A DNA stretch of 64,000 nt from the human T2T-CHM13v2.0 reference genome, Homo sapiens, in the NCBI RefSeq assembly GCF_009914755.1, contig NC_060945.1; one strand, 5' to 3'. The notes beneath the pieces were generated by a model, which worked only from the letters and a program-made list of their open reading frames with translations, was not told where the DNA came from and searched no databases. The position numbers and the translations under genes were made by a program. Positions 42,731 to 58,952 of the stretch are shown here, piece by piece (the first letter of the stretch is position 1; each line of letters opens with the position of its first letter).

Positions 42731-44270
42731 ATATCTATACATTATGTATATAATAGTATATAGAATCATATATATAATATATGTAACATATATATATACT
42801 ATTCTTTTACACCCTGCATCTTATATTGTATATATTATATGTAATATAGTAACTGAAAATATATAAGTATAATATTTATACAATATGACATATAATAATT
42901 ATATATTATGACATATATAGTATATATTATATATCATATATAGAATATATTATATGGTTAATATACGTACTAAATATATAATATACATTATATATAATAT
43001 ATATATTATATCTATGTTATATATAACATACATTATAGATAATATATATATTATATCTATGTTATATATAATATCAAATAACATAAAAAATAAAATTGTA
43101 TATATATAAAATGACATATAATATATATTATATTTTATGACATATATAATATATATTATATATTATATATGTAATACGTTGTATGTATAATGCATACATT
43201 AAATATATATGATATGTGTACGTTATTAATTATATGTAATATATGTTATATATTATATATTTTACATGGAATACACATGTTACATATAATATATACTATG
43301 TTACCTATAACGTATAATTTATTATATATAATATACTGTATGTCACATATTATATATAATTCATATTATACAGTATGTGGAATGTGGTATATATGACATG
43401 TAATATATGATATATATAACATACAATATATCATATATAACATACAATATATGATACATAATATATATGGTATACAAAATATATATTATGGTATATATTG
43501 TATATGTTTTATATTATATGATATATAACTATTTAAAATTATATATAACTGTATAATATTATACGTAAATATATAATATAATAAACATGACTATATATTA
43601 TGTTATATATAATTTTATTACATACGTTACATAATATATCATAATATACTGCATATATTATATTATTTTATATTCCATAATATATATTATATATCACATA
43701 ATATATGCTGCATACATAATATTAAAATATATATTATATTATGATATATGAAATATCGTATATATTATGTATCCTATATTGTATAATATACATGACATAT
43801 TATATAACATGTATGTTGTCTATCATATGATATATAAAATTATATATATGATTATATTGTTATACATATAACGATATAAATATGTAATTATATGTATCAT
43901 TATTTATATTATATATTATTATATAATCATTTATAATTATTTATATTATATAAATAATTAAATGATTCTACAAATTATAATATATAAATTATACTATGTA
44001 ATAAAAAATATATATATTATATATCATATATGATATAGTATATATGTTATATATCATATTATATATAAATATATGTTATGTTATATACAATTATATATTT
44101 TCATATATAAGATGTATAATATGTATTATCTATTATATATGTTATGTACTATATGTAATGTAAATAAGCTGACACAGGATAAATATTACATATTATGATA
44201 TATAATATCTATGAGGTTATATATTACATATAAAGCATATTACAAAACATATAATATATATCATGTATAA

Positions 44271-44562
44271 TTTTTTTTTAGACAGAGCCTTGTCCTGTTG
44301 CACAGCGTGGGGTACAATGGCGCCATCTTTACTCACTGCAACATCTGCCTCACGGGTTCAAGCGATTGTCCTCCCTCAGCCTCCCAGGTAGCTGGGAGTA
44401 CACCACACTGGGACTACACCAGCTGCCACCATGCCTAGCTAAATTTTTGGATTTTTAGTAGTGACAGCGTTTCACTGTATTGGCCAGGATGGTCTTGATC
44501 TCTTCACCTTGTGATCCCCTTGCCTTGGCCTCCAAATTTCCTGGGATTACAGGCCTGAGCCA
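44271..44562 (-). mobile_element. Diverged Alu SINE in HSat1B unit 2
   Basis: Near-identical tandem copy of 41870-42161. Confidence 0.95.
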
Positions 44563-46660
44563 AGATACATGTTTTTTAAATGAAAAAGAATTTCAAAGCT
44601 ACTCTGCTTGGGACAAGAATCAAATATATAAACTGAGGAATAAAACATAACCATGAAACATATTTATAACTGCATATGGAAAATACAGAGGATAATTTTT
44701 TAAATAACATGTTTTGAAAGCATTAACTAGTAATTTGAAGAGTTGGCATTTGAAAGGCCCGTATGAATATACCTTCAAAGCAGCAACACAGGTTCCCCAT
44801 GAGAAAAATCAAACTCAGGGAAAATAAAACCACAAGGGTTCACTCTGTTCTGACCTTTGAAAAACACAGCACAGACAGTGGCCCTTAGGACCAAGAGCAG
44901 GAGATCCCTAATCCCGTCACCACGGCGATAGGGCACAAACATTGCAGGGTGAGGGCACAATCCACATTGTGAGGTCCAACTGCTGCCGGGAAGACAGGAG
45001 TGCTTTTACATAGACCCAAAGGTCATTGAAGGCTCAGTGTTTTGTTTCAAAAACTGAATCCCAAGCCCACACATTATTATGCTGTGCTTCTTAAAACAAG
45101 TTATGAGATGGGAAATAGGGCACCCACAAATATATCTACACATTATGTATATAATAGTATATAGAATCATATATATAATATATGTAACATATATATATAC
45201 TATTCTTTTACACCCTGCATCTTATATTATATATATTATATGTAATATAATAATTGAAAATATATAAGTATAATATTTATACAATATGACATATAATAAT
45301 TATATTTTATGACATATATAATATATATTATATATCATATATAGAATATATTATATGGTTAATATACGTACTAAATATATACTATACATTATATATATTA
45401 TATCTATTATATCTATGTTATATGTAACATACATTATAGATAATATATATATCATATCTATGTTATATATAATATAAAATAACAAAATAATATAATTATA
45501 TATATATAATATGACATATAATATATATTATATTTTATGACATATATAATATATATTATATATTATATATGTAATACGTTGTATGTATAATGCATACATT
45601 AAATATATATGATATGTGTACGTTATTAATTATATGTAATATATGTTATATATTATATATTTTACATGGAATACACATGTTACATATAATATATACTATG
45701 GTACCTATAACGTATAATTTATGATATGTAATATACTGTATGTCATATATTATATATAATTCATAATATACAGTATGTGGAATGTGGTATATATGACATA
45801 TAATATATGATATATATAACATACAATATATCATATATAACAAAGAATATATGATACATAATATATATGGTATACAAAATATATATTATGATACATATTA
45901 TATATGTTTTATATCATATTATATATAACTATTTAAAATTATATATAACTGTATAATATTATACGTAAATATATAATATAATAAACATGACTATATATTA
46001 TGTTATATATAATTTTATTACATAAGTTACATAATATATGATAATATAATGCATATATTATATTATTTTATATTCCATAATATATATTATATATCACATA
46101 ATATATGCTGCATACATCATATTAAAATATATATTATATTATGATATATGAAATATCGTATATATTATGTATCCTATATTGTATAATATACATTATATAT
46201 TATATAACATGTATGTTGTCTATCATATGATATATAAAATTATATATATGATTATATTGTTATACATATAACGATATAAATATGTAATTATATGTATCAT
46301 TATTTATATTATATATTATTATATAATCATTTATAATTAATAAATAATTTTATGATTATATAAATTATAATATATAAATTATACTATGTAATAAAAAATA
46401 TATATATTATATATCATATATGATATAGTATATATGTTATATATCATATTATATATAAATATATGTTATGTTATATACAATTATATATTTTCATATATAA
46501 GATGTATAATGTGTATTATCTATTATATATGTTATGTACTATATATAATGTAAATAAGCTGACACAGGATAAATATTACATATTATGATATATAATATAT
46601 ATGAGGTTATATATTACATATAAAGCATATTACAAAACATATAATATATATCATGTATAA

Positions 46661-46952
46661 TTTTTTTTTAGACAGAGCCTTGTCCTGTTGCACAGCGTGA
46701 GGTACAATGGCGCCATCTTTACTCACTGCAACATCTGCCTCACGGGTTCAAGCGATTGTCCTCCCTCAGCCTCCCAGGTAGCTTGGAGTACACCACACTG
46801 GGACTACACCAGCTGCCACCATGCCTAGCTAAATTTTTGGATTTTTAGTAGTGACAGCGTTTCACTGTATTGGCCAGGATGGTCTTGATCTCTTCACCTT
46901 GTGATCCCCTTGCCTTGGCCTCCAAATTTCCTGGGATTACAGGCCTGAGCCA
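46661..46952 (-). mobile_element. Diverged Alu SINE in HSat1B unit 3
   Basis: Near-identical tandem copy of 41870-42161. Confidence 0.95.
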
Positions 46953-49062
46953 AGATACATGTTTTTTAAATGAAAAAGAATTTCAAAGCTACTCTGCTTG
47001 GGACAAGAATCAATTATATAAACTGAGGAATAAAACATAACCATGAAACATATTTATAACTGCATATGGAAAATACAGAGGATAATTTTTTAAATAACAT
47101 ATTTTGAAAGCATTAACTAGTAATTTGAAGAGTTGGCATTTGAAAGGCCCGTATGAATATACCTTCAAAGCAGCAACACAGGTTCCCCATGAGAAAAATC
47201 AAACTCAGGGAAAATAAAACCACAAGGGTTCACTCTGTTCTGACCTTTGAAAAACACAGCACAGACAGTGGCCCTTAGGACCAAGAGCAGGAGATCCGTA
47301 ATCCCGTCACCACGGCGATAGGGCACAAACATTGCAGGGTGAGGGCACAATCCACATTGTGAGGTCCAACTGCCTCCGGGAAGACAGAAGTGCTTTTACA
47401 TAGACCCAAAGGTCATTGAAGGCTCAGTGTTTTGTTTCAAAAACTAAATCCCAAGCCCAGACATTATTATGCTGCGCTTCTTAAAACAAGTTATGAGATG
47501 GGAAATAGGGCACCCACAAATATACCTATACATTATGTATATAATAGTATATAGAATCATATATATAATATATGTAACATATATATATAATATTCTTTTA
47601 CACCCTGCATCTTATATTATATATATTATATGTAATATAATAATTGAAAATATATAAGTATAATATTTATACAATATGACATATAATAATTATATTTTAT
47701 GACATATATAATATATATTATATATCATATATAGAATATATTATATGGTTAATATACGTACTAAATATATACTATACATTATATATATTATATCTATTAT
47801 ATCTATGTTATATATAACATACATTATAGATAATATATATATCATATCTATGTTATATATAATATAAAATAACAAAATAATATAATTATATATATATAAT
47901 ATGACATATAATATATATTATATTTTATGACATATATATAATATATATTATATATTATATATGTAATACGTTGTATGTATAATGCATACATTTAATATAT
48001 ATGATATGTGTACGTTATTAATTATATGTAATATATGTTATATATTATATATTTTACATGGAATACACATGTTACATATAATATATACTATGGTACCTAT
48101 AACGTATAATTTATTATATATAATATACTGTATGTCACATATTATATATAATTCATATTATACAGTATGTGGAATGTGGTATATATGACATGTAATATAT
48201 GATATATATAACATACAATATATCATATATAACATACAATATATGATACATAATATATATGGTATACAAAATATATATTATGACATATATTGTATATGTT
48301 TTATATTATATGATATATAACTATTTAAAATTATATATAACTGTATAATATTATACGTAAATATATAATATAATAAACATGACTATATATTATGTTATAT
48401 ATAATTTTATTACATACGTTACATAATATATCATAATATACTGCATATATTATATTATTTTATATTACATAATATATATTATATATCACATAATATATGC
48501 TGCATACATAATATTAAAATATATATTATATTATGATATATGAAATATCGTATATATTATGTATCCTATATTGTATAATATACATGACATATTATATAAC
48601 ATGTATGTTGTCTATCATATGATATATAAAATTATATATATGATTATATTGTTATACATATAACGATATAAATATGTAATTATATGTATCATTATTTATC
48701 TTATATATTATTATATAATCATTTATAATTATTTATATTATATAAATAATTAAATGATTCTACAAATTATAATATATAAATTATACTATGTAATAAAAAA
48801 TATATATATTATATATCATATATGATATAGTATATATGTTATATATCATATTATATATAAATATATGTTATGTTATATACAATTATATCTTTTCATATAT
48901 AAGATGTATAATATGTATTATCTATTATATATGTTATGTACTATATATAATGTAAATAAGCTGACACAGGATAAATATTACATCTTATGATATATAATAT
49001 CTATGAGGTTATATATTACATATAAAGCATATTACAAAACATATAATATATATCATGTATAA

Positions 49063-49354
49063 TTTTTTTTTAGACAGAGCCTTGTCCTGTTGCACAGCGT
49101 GGGGTACAATGGCGCCATCTTTACTCACTTCAACATCTGCCTCACGGGTTCAAGCGATTGTCCTCCCTCAGCCTCCCAGGTAGCTGGGAGTACACCACAC
49201 TGGGACTACACCAGCTGCCACCATGCCTAGCTAAATTTTTGGATTTTTAGTAGTGACAGCGTTTCACTGTATTGGCCAGGATGGTCTTGATCTCTTCACC
49301 TTGTGATCCCCTTGCCTTGGCCTCCAAATTTCCTGGGATTACAGGCCTGAGCCA
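49063..49354 (-). mobile_element. Diverged Alu SINE in HSat1B unit 4
   Basis: Near-identical copy; carries the CTCACTTCAAC variant shared with unit 5. Confidence 0.95.
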
Positions 49355-51459
49355 AGATACATGTTTTTTAAATGAAAAAGAATTTCAAAGCTACTCTGCT
49401 TGGGACAAGAATCAAATATATAAACTGAGGAATAAAACATAACCATGAAACATATTTATAACTGCATATGGAAAATACAGAGGATAATTTTTTAAATAAC
49501 ATGTTTTGAAAGCATTAACTAGTAATTTGAAGAGTTGGCATTTGAAAGGCCCGTATGAATATACCTTCAAAGCAGCAACACAGGTTCCCCATGAGAAAAA
49601 TCAAACTCAGGGAAAATAAAACCACAAGGGTTCACTCTGTTCTGACCTTTGAAAAACACAGCACAGACAGTGGCCCTTAGGACCAAGGGCAGGAGATCCC
49701 TACTCCCGTCACCACGGCGATAGGGCACAAACATTGCAGGGTGAGGGCACAATCCACATTGTGAGGTCCAACTGCTGCCGGGAAGACAGGAGTGCTTTTA
49801 CATAGACCCAAAGGTCATTGAAGGCTCAGTGTTTTGTTTCAAAAACTGAATCCCAAGCCCACACCTTATTATGCTGCGCTTCTTAAAACAAGTTAGGAGA
49901 TGGGAAATAGGGCACCCACAAATATATCTATACATTATGTATATAATAGTATATAGAATCATATATATAATATATGTAACATATATATATACTATTCTTT
50001 TACACCCTGCATCTTATATTATATATATTATATGTAATATAATAATTCAAAATATATAAGTATAATATTTATACAATATGACATATAATAATTATATTTT
50101 ATGACATATATAATATATATTATATATCATATATAGAATATATTATATGGTTAATATACGTACTAAATATATAATATACATTATATATATTATATCTATT
50201 ATATCCATGTTATATATAACATACATTATAGATAATATATATATTATATCTATGTTATATATAATATAAAATAACATAAAATAATATAATTATATATATA
50301 ATATGACATATAATATATATTATATATAATGACATATATATAATATATATTATATATTATATAGGTAATACGTTGTATGTATAATGCATATATTAAATAT
50401 ATATGATATGTCTACGTTATTAATTATATGTAATATATGTTATATATTATATATTTTACATGGAATACACATGTTACATATAATATATACTATGTTACCT
50501 ATAACGTATAATTTATTATATATAATATACGTAAGTCATATATTATATATAATTCATAATATACAGTATGTGGAATGTGGTATATATGACATGTAATATA
50601 TGATATATATAACATACAATACATCATATATAACAAAGAATATATGATACATAATATATATGGTATACAAAATATATATTATGATATATATTATATATGT
50701 TTTATATTATATTATATATAACTATTTAAAATTATATATAACTGTATAATATTATACGTAAATATATAATATAACATGACTATATATTATGTTATATATA
50801 ATTTTATTACATACGTTACATAATATATGATAATATAATGCATATATTATATTATTTTATATTCCATAATATATATTATATATCACATAATATATGCTGC
50901 ATACATAATATTAAAATATATATTATATTATGATATATGAAATATCGTATATATTATGTATCCTATATTGTATAATATACATTATATATTATATAACATG
51001 AATGTTGTCTATCATATGATATATAAAATTATATATATGATTATATTGTTATACATATAACGATATAAATATGTAATTATATGTATCATTATTTATCTTA
51101 TATATTATTATATAATCATTTATAATTATTTATATTATATAAATAATTAAATGATTCTAAAAATTATAATATATAAATTATACTATGTAATAAAAAATAT
51201 ATATATTATATATCATATATGATATAGTATATATGTTATATATCATATTATATATAAATATATGTTATGTTATATACAATTATATCTTTTCATATATAAG
51301 ATGTATAATATGTATTATCTATTATATATGTTATGTACTATATATAATGTAAATAAGCTGACACAGGATAAATATTACATCTTATGATATATAATATCTA
51401 TGAGGTTATATATTACATATAAAGCATATTACAAAACATATAATATATATCATGTATAA

Positions 51460-51751
51460 TTTTTTTTTAGACAGAGCCTTGTCCTGTTGCACAGCGTGGG
51501 GTACAATGGCGCCATCTTTACTCACTTCAACATCTGCCTCACGGGTTCAAGCGATTGTCCTCCCTCAGCCTCCCAGGTAGCTGGGAGTACACCACACTGG
51601 GACTACACCAGCTGCCACCATGCCTAGCTAAATTTTTGGATTTTTAGTAGTGACAGCGTTTCACTGTATTGGCCAGGATGGTCTTGATCTCTTCACCTTG
51701 TGATCCCCTTGCCTTGGCCTCCAAATTTCCTGGGATTACAGGCCTGAGCCA
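51460..51751 (-). mobile_element. Diverged Alu SINE in HSat1B unit 5
   Basis: Near-identical copy; carries the CTCACTTCAAC variant shared with unit 4. Confidence 0.95.
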
Positions 51752-53856
51752 AGATACATGTTTTTTAAATGAAAAAGAATTTCAAAGCTACTCTGCTTGG
51801 GACAAGAATCAAATATATAAACTGAGGAATAAAACATAACCATGAAACATATTTATAACTGCATATGGAAAATACAGAGGATAATTTTTTAAATAACATG
51901 TTTTGAAAGCATTAACTAGTAATTTGAAGAGTTGGCATTTGAAAGGCCCGTATGAATATACCTTCAAAGCAGCAACACAGGTTCCCCATGAGAAAAATCA
52001 AACTCAGGGAAAATAAAACCACAAGGGTTCACTCTGTTCTGACCTTTGAAAAACACAGCACAGACAGTGGCCCTTAGGACCAAGGGCAGGAGATCCCTAC
52101 TCCCGTCACCACGGCGATAGGGCACAAACATTGCAGGGTGAGGGCACAATCCACATTGTGAGGTCCAACTGCTGCCGGGAAGACAGGAGTGCTTTTACAT
52201 AGACTCAAAGGTCATTGAAGGCTCAGTGTTTTGTTTCAAAAACTGAATCCCAAGCCCACACCTTATTATGCTGCGCTTCTTAAAACAAGTTAGGAGATGG
52301 GAAATAGGGCACCCACAAATATATCTATACATTATGTATATAATAGTATATAGAATCATATATATAATATATGTAACATATATATATACTATTCTTTTAC
52401 ACCCTGCATCTTATATTATATATATTATATGTAATATAATAATTCAAAATATATAAGTATAATATTTATACAATATGACATATAATAATTATATTTTATG
52501 ACATATATAATATATATTATATATCATATATAGAATATATTATATGGTTAATATACGTACTAAATATATAATATACATTATATATATTATATCTATTATA
52601 TCCATGTTATATATAACATACATTATAGATAATATATATATTATATCTATGTTATATATAATATAAAATAACATAAAATAATATAATTATATATATAATA
52701 TGACATATAATATATATTATATATAATGACATATATATAATATATATTATATATTATATAGGTAATACGTTGTATGTATAATGCATATATTAAATATATA
52801 TGATATGTCTACGTTATTAATTATATGTAATATATGTTATATATTATATATTTTACATGGAATACACATGTTACATATAATATATACTATGTTACCTATA
52901 ACGTATAATTTATTATATATAATATACGTAAGTCATATATTATATATAATTCATAATATACAGTATGTGGAATGTGGTATATATGACATGTAATATATGA
53001 TATATATAACATACAATACATCATATATAACAAAGAATATATGATACATAATATATATGGTATACAAAATATATATTATGATATATATTATATATGTTTT
53101 ATATTATATTATATATAACTATTTAAAATTATATATAACTGTATAATATTATACGTAAATATATAATATAACATGACTATATATTATGTTATATATAATT
53201 TTATTACATACGTTACATAATATATGATAATATAATGCATATATTATATTATTTTATATTCCATAATATATATTATATATCACATAATATATGCTGCATA
53301 CATAATATTAAAATATATATTATATTATGATATATGAAATATCGTATATATTATGTATCCTATATTGTATAATATACATTATATATTATATAACATGAAT
53401 GTTGTCTATCATATGATATATAAAATTATATATATGATTATATTGTTATACATATAACGATATAAATATGTAATTATATGTATCATTATTTATATTATAT
53501 ATTATTATATAATCATTTATAATTATTTATATTATATAAATAATTTTATGATTATATAAATTATAATTTATAAATTATACTATGTAATAAAAAATATATA
53601 TATTATATATCATATATGATATAGTATATATGTTATATATCATATTATATATAAATATATGTTATGTTATATACAATTATATATTTTCATATATAAGATG
53701 TATAATATGTATTATCTATTATATATGTTATGTAGTATATATAATGTAAATAAGCTGACACAGGATAAATATTACATATTATGATATATAATATATATGA
53801 GGTTATATATTACATATAAAGCATATTACAAAACATATAATATATATCATGTATAA

Positions 53857-54148
53857 TTTTTTTTTAGACAGAGCCTTGTCCTGTTGCACAGCGTGAGGTA
53901 CAATGGTGCCATCTTTACTCACTGCAACATCTGCCTCACGGGTTCAAGCGATTGTCCTCCCTCAGCCTCCCAGGTAGCTGGGAGTACACCACACTGGGAC
54001 TACACCAGCTGCCACCATGCCTAGCTAAATTTTTGGATTTTTAGTAGTGACAGCGTTTCACTGTATTGGCCAGGATGGTCTTGATCTCTTCACCTTGTGA
54101 TCCCCTTGCCTTGGCCTCCAAATTTCCTGGGATTACAGGCCTGAGCCA
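53857..54148 (-). mobile_element. Diverged Alu SINE in HSat1B unit 6
   Basis: Near-identical tandem copy of 41870-42161. Confidence 0.95.
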
Positions 54149-56258
54149 AGATACATGTTTTTTAAATGAAAAAGAATTTCAAAGCTACTCTGCTTGGGAC
54201 AAGAATCAAATATATAAACTGAGGAATAAAACATAACCATGAAACATATTTATAACTGCATATGGAAAATACAGAGGATAATTTTTTAAATAACATATTT
54301 TGAAAGCATTAACTAGTAATTTGAAGAGTTGGCATTTGAAAGGCCCGTATGAATATACCTTCAAAGCAGCAACACAGGTTCCCCATGAGAAAAATCAAAC
54401 TCAGGGAAAATAAAACCACAAGGGTTCACTCTGTTCTGACCTTTGAAAAACACAGCACAGACAGTGGCCCTTAGGACCAAGAGCAGGAGATCCCTAATCC
54501 CGTCACCACGGCGATAGGGCACAAACATTGCAGGGTGAGGGCACAATCCACATTGTGAGGTCCAACTGCTGCCGGGAAGACAGGAGTGCTTTTACATAGA
54601 CCCAAAGGTCATTGAAGGCTCAGTGTTTTGTTTCAAAAACTGAATCCCAAGCCCACACATTATTATGCTGCACTTCTTAAAACAAGTTATGAGATGGGAA
54701 ATAGGGCACCCACAAATATATCTATACATTATGTATATAATAGTATATAGAATCATATATATAATATATGTAACATATATATATACTATTCTTTTACACC
54801 CTGCATCTTATATTATATATATTATATGTAATATAGTAACTGAAAATATATAAGTATAATATTTATACAATATGACATATAATAATTATATATTATGACA
54901 TATATAGTATATATTATATATCATATATAGAATATATTATATGGTTAATATACGTACTAAATATATAATATACATTATATATATTATATATATTATATCT
55001 ATGTTATATATAACATACATTATAGATAATATATATATTATATCTATGTTATATATAATATAAAATAACAAAAAAAAATAAAATTGTATATATATAAAAT
55101 GACATATAATATATATTATATTTTATGACATATATAATATATATTATATATTATATATGTAATACGTTGTGTGTATAATGCATACATTAAATATATATGA
55201 TATGTGTACGTTATTAATTATATGTAATATATGTTATATATTATATATTTTACATGGAATACACATGTTACATATAATATATACTATGTTACCTATAACG
55301 TATAATTTATTATATATAATATACTGTATGTCACATATTATATATAATTCATATTATACAGTATGTGGAATGTGGTATATATGACATGTAATATATGATA
55401 TATATAACATACAATATATCATATATAACATACAATATATGATACATAATATATATGGTATACAAAATATATATTATGATATATATTGTATATGTTTTAT
55501 ATTATATGATATATAACTATTTAAAATTATATATAACTGTATAATATTATACGTAAATATATAATATAATAAACATGACTACATATTATGTTATATATAA
55601 TTTTATTACATACGTTACATAATATATCATAATATACTGCATATATTATATTATTTTATATTACATAATATATATTATATATCACATAATATATGCTGCA
55701 TACATAATATTAAAATATATATTATATTATGATATATGAAATATCGTATATATTATGTATCCTATATTGTATAACATACATGACATATTATATAACATGT
55801 ATGTTGTCTATCATATGATATATAAAATTATATATATGATTATATTGTTATACATATAACGATATAAATATGTAATTATATGTATCATTATTTATATTAT
55901 ATATTATTATATAATCATTTATAATTATTTATATTATATAAATAATTAAATGATTATACAAATTATAATATATAAATTATACTATGTAATAAAAAATATA
56001 TATATTATATATCATATATGATATAGTATATATGTTATATATCATATTATATATAAATATATGTTATTTTATATACAATTATATATTTTCATATATAAGA
56101 TGTATAATATGTATTATCTATTATATATGTTACGTACTATATATAATGTAAATAAGCTGACACAGGATAAATATTACATATTATGATATATAATATCTAT
56201 GAGGTTATATATTACATATAAAGCATATTACAAAACATATAATATATATCATGTATAA

Positions 56259-56550
56259 TTTTTTTTTAGACAGAGCCTTGTCCTGTTGCACAGCGTGGGG
56301 TACAATGGCGCCATCTTTACTCACTGCAACATCTGCCTCACGGGTTCAAGCGATTGTCCTCCCTCAGCCTCCCAGCTAGCTGGGAGTACACCACACTGGG
56401 ACTACACCAGCTGCCACCATGCCTAGCTAAATTTTTGGATTTTTAGTAGTGACAGCGTTTCACTGTATTGGCCAGGATGGTCTTGATCTCTTCACCTTGT
56501 GATCCCCTTTCCTTGGCCTCCAAATTTCCTGGGATTACAGGCCTGAGCCA
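56259..56550 (-). mobile_element. Diverged Alu SINE in HSat1B unit 7
   Basis: Near-identical tandem copy of 41870-42161. Confidence 0.95.
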
Positions 56551-58660
56551 AGATACATGTTTTTTAAATGAAAGAGAATTTCAAAGCTACTCTGCTTGGG
56601 ACAAGAATCAAATATATAAACTGAGGAATAAAACATAACCATGAAACATATTTATAACTGCATATGGAAAATACAGAGGATAATTTTTTAAATAACATAT
56701 TTTGAAAGCATTAACTAGTAATTTGAAGAGTTGGCATTTGAAAGGCCCGTATGAATATACCTTCAAAGCAGCAACACAGGTTCCCCATGAGAAAAATCAA
56801 ACTCAGGGAAAATAAAACCACAAAGCTTCACTCTGTTCTGACCTTTGAAAAACACAGCACAGACAGTGGCCCTTAGGACCAAGAGCAGGAGATCCCTAAT
56901 CCCGTCACCACGGCGATAGGGCACAAACATTGCAGGGTGAGGGCACAATCCACATTGTGAGGTCCAACTGCTGCCAGGAAGACAGGAGTGCTTTTACATA
57001 GACCCAAAGGTCATTGAAGGCTCAGTGTTTTGTTTCAAAAACTGAATCCCAAGCCCACACATTACTATGCTGCGCTTCTTACAACAAGTTATGAGATGGG
57101 AAATAGGGCACCCACAAATATATCTATACATTATGTATATAATAGTATATAGAATCATATATATAATATATGTAACATATATATATAATATTCTTTTACA
57201 CCCTGCATCTTATATTATATATATTATATGTAATATAATAATTGAAAATATATAAGTATAATATTTATACAATATGACATATAATAATTATATTTTATGA
57301 CATATATAATATATATTATATATCATATATAGAATATATTATATGGTTAATATACGTACTAAATATATACTATACATTATATATATTATATCTATTATAT
57401 CTATGTTATATATAACATACATTATAGATAATATATATATCATATCTATGTTATATATAATATAAAATAACAAAATAATATAATTATATATATATAATAT
57501 GACATATAATATATATTATATTTTATGACATATATATAATATATATTATATATTATATATGTAATACGTTGTATGTATAATGCATACATTTAATATATAT
57601 GATATGTGTACGTTATTAATTATATGTATTATATGTTATATATTATATATTTTACATGGAATACACATGTTACATATAATATATACTATGGTACCTATAA
57701 CGTATAATTTATTATATATAATATACTGTATGTCACATATTATATATAATTCATATTATACAGTATGTGGAATGTGGTATATATGACATGTAATATATGA
57801 TATATATAACATACAATATATCATATATAACATACAATATATGATACATAATATATATGGTATACAAAATATATATTATGACATATATTGTATATGTTTT
57901 ATATTATATGATATATAACTATTTAAAATTATATATAACTGTATAATATTATACGTAAATATATAATATAATAAACATGACTATATATTATGTTATATAT
58001 AATTTTATTACATACGTTACATAATATATCATAATATACTGCATATATTATATTATTTTATATTACATAATATATATTATATATCACATAATATATGCTG
58101 CATACATAATATTAAAATATATATTATATTATGATATATGAAATATCGTATATATTATGTATCCTATATTGTATAATATACATGACATATTATATAACAT
58201 GTATGTTGTCTATCATATGATATATAAAATTATATATATGATTATATTGTTATACATATAACGATATAAATATGTAATTATATGTATCATTATTTATATT
58301 ATATATTATTATATAATCATTTATAATTATTTATATTATATAAATAATTAAATGATTCTACAAATTATAATATATAAATTATACTATGTAATAAAAAATA
58401 TATATATTATATATCATATATGATATAGTATATATGTTATATATCATATTATATATAAATATATGTTATGTTATATACAATTATATCTTTTCATATATAA
58501 GATGTATAATATGTATTATCTATTATATATGTTATGTACTATATATAATGTAAATAAGCTGACACAGGATAAATATTACATCTTATGATATATAATATCT
58601 ATGAGGTTATATATTACATATAAAGCATATTACAAAACATATAATATATATCATGTATAA

Positions 58661-58952
58661 TTTTTTTTTAGACAGAGCCTTGTCCTGTTGCACAGCGTGG
58701 GGTACAATGGCGCCATCTTTACTCACTGCAACATCTGCCTCACGGGTTCAAGCGATTGTCCTCCCTCAGCCTCCCAGGTAGCTGGGAGTACACCACACTG
58801 GGACTACACCAGCTGCCACCATGCCTAGCTAATTTTTTGGATTTTTAGCAGTGACAGCGTTTCACTGTATTGGCCAGGATGGTCTTGATCTCTTCACCTT
58901 GTGATCCCCTTGCCTTGGCCTCCAAATTTCCTGGGATTACAGGCCTGAGCCA
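58661..58952 (-). mobile_element. Diverged Alu SINE in HSat1B unit 8
   Basis: Near-identical copy; carries the TTTTTAGCAGTG variant shared with unit 9. Confidence 0.95.
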
